Positions 27,173 through 32,572 of a DNA stretch of 32,572 bases are shown piece by piece. This DNA is from a virus (lineage: Duplodnaviria > Heunggongvirae > Uroviricota > Caudoviricetes). The position numbers were made by a program, and so were the translations under genes. Below the pieces are notes generated by a model, which worked only from the letters and a program-made list of their open reading frames with translations, made no database searches and was not told the DNA's origin. Every line of letters starts with the position of its first letter. Position 1 is the stretch's first letter. The stretch lies in IMG/VR virus record IMGVR_UViG_2802429232_000006; one strand, given 5' to 3'.

Positions 27173-27691
27173 ATGGCAATGCCGCGCAAACTCAAGTTAA
27201 TGAACGTCTTTCTGAACGGCTACAGCTATCAGGGCGTTGCAAAGTCCGTCACGCTGCCAAAACTGACCCGTAAGCTCGAAAACTATCGCGGTGCGGGGAT
27301 GAACGGCAGCGCACCGGTAGACCTCGGCCTTGATGACGATGCGCTGTCAATGGAGTGGTCGCTCGGGGGCTTCCCTGATTCGGTTATCTGGGAGCTTTAC
27401 GCCGCAACCGGCGTGGATGCCGTACCGATTCGTTTTGCTGGCTCTTACCAGCGCGACGATACCGGTGAAACGGTGGCCGTCGAAGTGGTCATGCGTGGCC
27501 GTCAGAAAGAAATCGACACCGGCGAGGGTAAACAGGGAGAAGACACCGAGTCGAAAATCTCCGTGGTCTGCACCTATTTCCGGCTGACGATGGACGGTAA
27601 GGAGCTGGTCGAAATCGACACCATCAACATGATTGAGAAGGTGAACGGCGTCGACCGGCTGGAGCAACACCGCCGCAATATCGGCCTGTGA
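27173..27691 (+). CDS. FII: Tail tube protein FII
   Basis: 172 aa, the P2 FII length. Confidence 0.93.
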   Translation: MAMPRKLKLMNVFLNGYSYQGVAKSVTLPKLTRKLENYRGAGMNGSAPVDLGLDDDALSMEWSLGGFPDSVIWELYAATGVDAVPIRFAGSYQRDDTGETVAVEVVMRGRQKEIDTGEGKQGEDTESKISVVCTYFRLTMDGKELVEIDTINMIEKVNGVDRLEQHRRNIGL

Positions 27692-27747
27692 TTTTCATCC
27701 GGTCAGCCAGGCTGACCGGTTAACCCTGATTCAGAAGTGAGAAAACC

Positions 27748-28023
27748 ATGAACAAAGAAAATGTGATTACCCTGGACAACCCGGTCAAGCGTGGTGAGCA
27801 GGTTATCGAACAGGTCACGCTGATGAAACCCAATGCCGGGACGCTGCGCGGTGTCAGTCTGGCTGCGGTCGCAAACTCCGAAGTCGATGCACTGATTAAA
27901 GTGCTGCCGCGCATGACGGCACCGATGCTGACTGAGCAGGAGGTCGCCGCGCTGGAGCTGCCTGACCTTGTGGCGCTGGCCGGTAAGGTGGTCGGTTTTT
28001 TGTCGCCGAACTCGGTGCAGTAA
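27748..28023 (+). CDS. E: Tail assembly chaperone E
   Basis: 91 aa, the P2 E length; slippery T6G run near the 3' end. Confidence 0.9.
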   Translation: MNKENVITLDNPVKRGEQVIEQVTLMKPNAGTLRGVSLAAVANSEVDALIKVLPRMTAPMLTEQEVAALELPDLVALAGKVVGFLSPNSVQ

Positions 28024-28175
28024 CGTTTCCGAAAAATCTCTCGGTCGATGACCTGATGGCGGATGTGGCAGTGATATTTCACTGGCCGCCATCAGAACTG
28101 TATCCCATGAGCCTGACCGAACTCATCACATGGCGCGAAAAGGCGCTCCGGCGAAGCGGAAACACGAATGAGTAA
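27748..28175 (+). CDS. E': Tail assembly chaperone E+E' fusion via programmed -1 frameshift
   Basis: T6 run at 27996-28001 followed by G; the -1 frame from there is open to TAA at 28173-28175, giving about 142 aa and overlapping the T start. Confidence 0.75.
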
Positions 28176-30615
28176 CAATGTAAAATTACAGGTATTGCTC
28201 AGGGCTGTTGACCAGGCATCCCGCCCGTTTAAATCCATCCGCACAGCGAGTAAGTCGCTGTCGGGGGATATCCGGGAAACACAACAATCACTGCGCGAGC
28301 TGAACGGTCACGCATCCCGTATTGAGGGATTTCGCAAGACCAGCGCACAGCTCGCCGTGACTGGTCATGCACTTGAAAAGGCACGGCAGGAGGCCGAAGC
28401 CCTTGCCACACAGTTTAAAAACACCGAACGTCCGACCCGTGCTCAGGCGAAAGTGCTGGAATCCGCAAAGCGTGCGGCGGAGGACTTACAGGCGAAATAT
28501 AACCGCCTGACGGATTCCGTTAAACGCCAGCAGCGGGAACTGGCCGCTGTGGGAATTAATACCCGCAATCTTGCACATGATGAGCAGGGACTGAAAAACC
28601 GTATCAGTGAAACCACCGCACAACTTAACCGTCAGCGCGACGCGCTGGCGCGTGTCAGTGCGCAACAGGCAAAACTTAACGCAGTAAAACAGCGTTATCA
28701 GGCCGGAAAGGAACTGGCCGGAAATATGGCCTCGGTGGGCGCTGCCGGTGTGGGGATTGCGGCGGCGGGAACGATGGCCGGAGTTAAGCTGCTGATGCCC
28801 GGTTATGAGTTTGCGCAGAAAAACTCAGAATTGCAGGCCGTGCTAGGAGTGGCAAAAGACTCCGCCGAAATGACCGCACTCCGCAAGCAGGCGCGCCAGC
28901 TCGGCGACAATACCGCCGCCTCGGCAGATGATGCAGCCGGTGCACAGATTATCATTGCGAAAGCGGGTGGAGATGCTGCGGCTATTCAGGCGGCAACGCC
29001 GGTCACGCTGAATATGGCACTGGCGAATCAGCGGTCGATGGAAGAAAACGCGCAACTGTTGCTGGGGACTAAGGCATCCTTTCAACTGTCAAATGATGAT
29101 GTCAGCCATGTGGGCGACGTGTTGTCGGCAACGATGAATAAGTCGGCGGCTGATTTTCAGGGACTCAGTGATGCACTGACTTACCTCGGGCCGGTTGCGA
29201 GGACGGCAGGTGTAAGTCTTGAGCAGGCAGCAGCCATGACAGGTGTGCTGCATGACAATAACATCAGGGGGTCAATGGCGGGGACGGGTAGCAGTGCCGT
29301 TGTCACCCGATTACAGGCACCGACTGGAAAAGCATGGGATGCACTCAAAGAGCTTGGCGTTAAGACCTCGGACAAAAAGGGAAATATGCGTCCGTTGTTC
29401 ACCATTCTGAAAGAGATTCAGGCCAGCTTTGATAAACACAAGCTGGGAACGTCTCAGAAGGGGGAATACCTTAAAACCATTTTTGGTGAGGAAGCCCTGA
29501 AATCAGCGAACGTTTTACTGGCAGCGGCAGCAAGCGGAAAACTGGATAAGCTGACCGCCACGCTGAAAGCCTCGGACGGTAAAACGGAAGAGCTGGTTAA
29601 AATCATGCAGGATAACCTCGGCGGTGACTTTAAGGAGTTTCAGTCCGCTTATGAGGCGGTGGGGACAGACCTGTTTGACCAGCAGGAAGGCGCACTGCGT
29701 AAGCTCACTCAGACGGCCACAAAGTATGTGTTAAAACTCGACGGCTGGATCCAGAAAAACAAATCACTGGCGTCAACCATCGGCCTCATTGTCGGTGGCG
29801 CGCTGGCGCTTACTGGCATCATCGGTGCCATTGGTCTTGTAGCCTGGCCGGTTATCACCGGCATTAATGCCATCATCGCGGCAGCAGGCGCAATGGGGGC
29901 AATCTTCACGACGGTTGGCAGTGCTGTTATGACGGCCATCGGGGCGATTAGCTGGCCGGTTGTGGCTGTGGTGGCCGCCATTGTCGCCGGGGCGTTACTT
30001 ATCCGTAAATACTGGGAGCCTGTCAGCGCATTCTTTGGCGGTGTGGTTGAAGGGCTGAAAGCTGCATTTGCGCCGGTGGGGGAACTGTTCACGCCACTTA
30101 AGCCGCTGTTTGACTGGCTGGGTGAAAAGTTACAGGCCGCGTGGCAGTGGTTTAAAAACCTGATTGCCCCGGTCAAAGCCACCCAGGACACCCTGAACCG
30201 TTGCCGTGACACGGGCGTCATGTTCGGGCAGGCACTGGCTGACGCGCTGATGCTGCCGCTTAATGCGTTCAACAAACTGCGCAGTGGTATTGACTGGGTA
30301 CTGGAAAAACTCGGTGTTATCAACAAAGAGTCAGACACACTTGACCAGACCGCCGCCAGAACTCAAGCCGCCACGTATGGCAGCGGTGGTTATATTCCGG
30401 CGACCAGCTCTTATGTAGGTTATCAGGCTTATCAGCCGGTCACGGCACCGGCTGGCCGCTCTTATGTAGACCAGAGTAAAAACGAATATCACATCAGCCT
30501 GACGGGGGGTACTGCGCCGGGGACACAGCTTGACCGCCAGTTACAGGATGCGCTCGAAAAATACGAGCGGGATAAACGTGCGCGCGCCCGTGCCAGCATG
30601 ATGCATGACGGTTAA
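28168..30615 (+). CDS. T: Tail tape measure protein T
   Basis: 815 aa, the P2 T length; N-terminal coiled-coil, central hydrophobic G/A-rich segments. Confidence 0.93.
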   Translation: MSNNVKLQVLLRAVDQASRPFKSIRTASKSLSGDIRETQQSLRELNGHASRIEGFRKTSAQLAVTGHALEKARQEAEALATQFKNTERPTRAQAKVLESAKRAAEDLQAKYNRLTDSVKRQQRELAAVGINTRNLAHDEQGLKNRISETTAQLNRQRDALARVSAQQAKLNAVKQRYQAGKELAGNMASVGAAGVGIAAAGTMAGVKLLMPGYEFAQKNSELQAVLGVAKDSAEMTALRKQARQLGDNTAASADDAAGAQIIIAKAGGDAAAIQAATPVTLNMALANQRSMEENAQLLLGTKASFQLSNDDVSHVGDVLSATMNKSAADFQGLSDALTYLGPVARTAGVSLEQAAAMTGVLHDNNIRGSMAGTGSSAVVTRLQAPTGKAWDALKELGVKTSDKKGNMRPLFTILKEIQASFDKHKLGTSQKGEYLKTIFGEEALKSANVLLAAAASGKLDKLTATLKASDGKTEELVKIMQDNLGGDFKEFQSAYEAVGTDLFDQQEGALRKLTQTATKYVLKLDGWIQKNKSLASTIGLIVGGALALTGIIGAIGLVAWPVITGINAIIAAAGAMGAIFTTVGSAVMTAIGAISWPVVAVVAAIVAGALLIRKYWEPVSAFFGGVVEGLKAAFAPVGELFTPLKPLFDWLGEKLQAAWQWFKNLIAPVKATQDTLNRCRDTGVMFGQALADALMLPLNAFNKLRSGIDWVLEKLGVINKESDTLDQTAARTQAATYGSGGYIPATSSYVGYQAYQPVTAPAGRSYVDQSKNEYHISLTGGTAPGTQLDRQLQDALEKYERDKRARARASMMHDG

Positions 30616-30629
30616 GGAGGTGACGAAAA

Positions 30630-31109
30630 ATGATGCTCGCGTTAGGTATGTTTGTTTTTATGCGCCAGACGCTGCCACACCAGACCATGCAGCGTGAATC
30701 AGATTATCGCTGGCCGTCAAATTCCCGTATCGGTAAACGGGATGCCTACCAGTTTCTCGGTGTGGGTGAGGAAAACATCACGCTTGCCGGTGTGCTTTAT
30801 CCCGAACTGACCGGCGGAAAGCTGACGATGTCCACGCTCAGGCTGATGGCAGAGGAAGGCCGGGCGTGGCCGTTGCTGGATGGCACCGGCATGATTTACG
30901 GTATGTATGTCATCAGCAAGGTGAGTGAAACAGGGAGTATTTTCTTTGCAGACGGCACACCCCGGAAAATTGATTTTACGCTGTCGCTCACCCGCGTTGA
31001 TGAATCACTGGCCGCGCTTTATGGCGATATCGGTAAACAGGCGGAGTCGCTCATCGGTAAGGCTGGCAGTATGGCGACTAAATTCACGGGTATGACGGGG
31101 GCGGGATAA
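30630..31109 (+). CDS. U: Tail protein U
   Basis: 159 aa, the P2 U length. Confidence 0.9.
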   Translation: MMLALGMFVFMRQTLPHQTMQRESDYRWPSNSRIGKRDAYQFLGVGEENITLAGVLYPELTGGKLTMSTLRLMAEEGRAWPLLDGTGMIYGMYVISKVSETGSIFFADGTPRKIDFTLSLTRVDESLAALYGDIGKQAESLIGKAGSMATKFTGMTGAG

Positions 31110-32272
31110 TGCTGGATGCGCTGACATTTGATGCAGGCAGTACGCTGACGCCGGATTACATGCTGATGCTCGACAGCAGGGATATTACCGGCAATATCAG
31201 CGACCGTCTGATAAGCATGACCCTGACGGATAACCGGGGCTTTGAGGCTGACCAGCTTGATATTGAACTGAACGATGCCGACGGGCAGGTCGGGCTGCCG
31301 GTTCGTGGCGCTGTCCTGACGGTGTATATCGGCTGGAAAGGTTTTGCCCTGGTATGCAAAGGGAAATTTACCGTTGATGAGGTTGAACACCGGGGCGCAC
31401 CGGATGTGGTCACCATCCGCGCACGGAGTGCAGATTTTCGCGGGACGCTCAATTCCCGCCGTGAAGGCTCCTGGCATGACACCACGCTCGGTGCGATTGT
31501 TGAGGCAATAGCCTCCCGTAACAAGCTGGAAGCCAGTGTCGCTCCGTCACTGGCCGGAATTAAAATCCCGCACATCGACCAGTCGCAGGAGTCTGATGCG
31601 AAATTCCTGACCCGTCTTGCAGAACGCAACGGCGGTGAGGTGTCGGTAAAAATGGGAAAACTGCTGTTTCTCAAAGCGGGGCAGGGGGTGACGGCCAGCG
31701 GTAAAAAAATCCCGCAGGTCACCATCACCCGCAGCGACGGTGACCGTCATCATTTTGCGATTGCTGACCGTGGAGCCTACACCGGTGTAACGGCAAAGTG
31801 GCTTCACACCAAAGACCCGAAGCCGCAAAAGCAGAAGGTAAAACTGAAACGCAAAAAGAAAGAAAAACACCTGCGCGCACTGGAGCACCCGAAAGCGAAA
31901 CCAGTCACGCAGAAGAAAGCGCCAAAAGTACCGGAAGCGCGCGAAGGTGAATACATGGCCGGTGAAGCTGACAACGTTTTTGCCCTGACTACGGTATATG
32001 CCACGAAAGCGCAGGCCATGCGCGCCGCTCAGGCGAAGTGGGATAAACTGCAACGAGGCGTAGCGGAGTTCTCCATCAGCCTGGCTACCGGTCGGGCAGA
32101 TATTTACACGGAAACACCGGTTAAAGTGTCAGGCTTTAAGCGCGTCATAGACGAGCAGGACTGGACAATCACTAAGGTGACACATTTTCTGAATAATAGC
32201 GGCTTCACGACGTCCTTAGAGCTTGAGGTCAGGCTTTCTGATGTGGAGTACGAAACAGAAGATGATGAGTGA
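31109..32272 (+). CDS. D: Tail protein D (late control gene D)
   Basis: 387 aa, the P2 D length; lysine-rich internal segment. Confidence 0.9.
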   Translation: MLDALTFDAGSTLTPDYMLMLDSRDITGNISDRLISMTLTDNRGFEADQLDIELNDADGQVGLPVRGAVLTVYIGWKGFALVCKGKFTVDEVEHRGAPDVVTIRARSADFRGTLNSRREGSWHDTTLGAIVEAIASRNKLEASVAPSLAGIKIPHIDQSQESDAKFLTRLAERNGGEVSVKMGKLLFLKAGQGVTASGKKIPQVTITRSDGDRHHFAIADRGAYTGVTAKWLHTKDPKPQKQKVKLKRKKKEKHLRALEHPKAKPVTQKKAPKVPEAREGEYMAGEADNVFALTTVYATKAQAMRAAQAKWDKLQRGVAEFSISLATGRADIYTETPVKVSGFKRVIDEQDWTITKVTHFLNNSGFTTSLELEVRLSDVEYETEDDE

Positions 32273-32353
32273 TGTTTTTATTTTATCTGTTTGTTTTATA
32301 AGGATAAATTAACTAAAATGACATCATCAACAAAACCGGAAGAGGTGCTCGCG

Positions 32354-32572
32354 ATGTTTCATTGTCCTTTATGTCAGCATGCCGCACATGCGCGTACAAG
32401 TCGCTATATCACTGACACGACAAAAGAGCGTTATCACCAGTGTCAGAACGTGAATTGCAGCGCCACGTTCATCACTTATGAGTCGGTACAGCGATACATC
32501 GTGAAGCCGGGAGAAGTCCACGCCGTAAGACCGCACCCGTTGCCGTCAGGGCAGCAAATTATGTGGATGTAA
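32354..32572 (+). CDS. ogr: Late gene transcriptional activator Ogr (zinc finger)
   Basis: ATG at 32354 (MFHCPLCQHAAH...) gives 72 aa with CxxC...CxxC zinc finger; the ORF-track start at 32291 is an upstream extension. Confidence 0.9.
   Translation: MFHCPLCQHAAHARTSRYITDTTKERYHQCQNVNCSATFITYESVQRYIVKPGEVHAVRPHPLPSGQQIMWM

Noticed and set aside
29709-30338. 209-aa minus-strand ORF within the tape measure gene T
   Set aside because: Antisense to an exact-length (815 aa) tape measure protein; A/S/T/P-rich translation typical of antisense artefact.
1-32572. CRISPR array, tRNA, rRNA or insertion sequence
   Set aside because: No regularly spaced direct repeats, no cloverleaf-like tRNA candidates noticed and no transposase-like ORF; the only recombinase is the phage tyrosine integrase.

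Overview
This window is an essentially complete P2-like (Peduovirus-type) temperate prophage in an enterobacterial chromosome. It starts just after the host lipid kinase gene yegS (1-900, minus strand) at a 27-bp P2-type att core (987-1013) and runs in canonical P2 prophage order: int-C-cox-orf78-B-orf80/81/82/83-A, cos (9061-9079), Q/P, O-N-M-L, X-Y-K-lysA-lysB/lysC, R-S-V-W-J-I-H-G, FI-FII-E/E'-T-U-D and ogr, which ends at the window edge; attR lies outside the window. Most structural and lysis proteins match the known P2 protein lengths exactly, so the prophage looks intact. Two visibly AT-rich cargo insertions occupy the two classical P2 accessory positions. The first is a translationally coupled two-gene cassette (ABC/AAA_21-type ATPase plus a 236-aa partner with TOPRIM/DUF4276-like acidic motifs) in the tin/old position between A and cos, with its own promoter and terminator. 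The second is a single N-terminally membrane-anchored protein of about 359-369 aa with no recognisable catalytic motif in the Z/fun position between G and FI, followed by a roughly 430-bp non-coding spacer containing inverted repeats. These are the best candidates for anti-phage or abortive-infection functions; I cannot assign either to a named family from sequence alone. All product calls rest on recalled P2 protein lengths and sequences, not on a database search.
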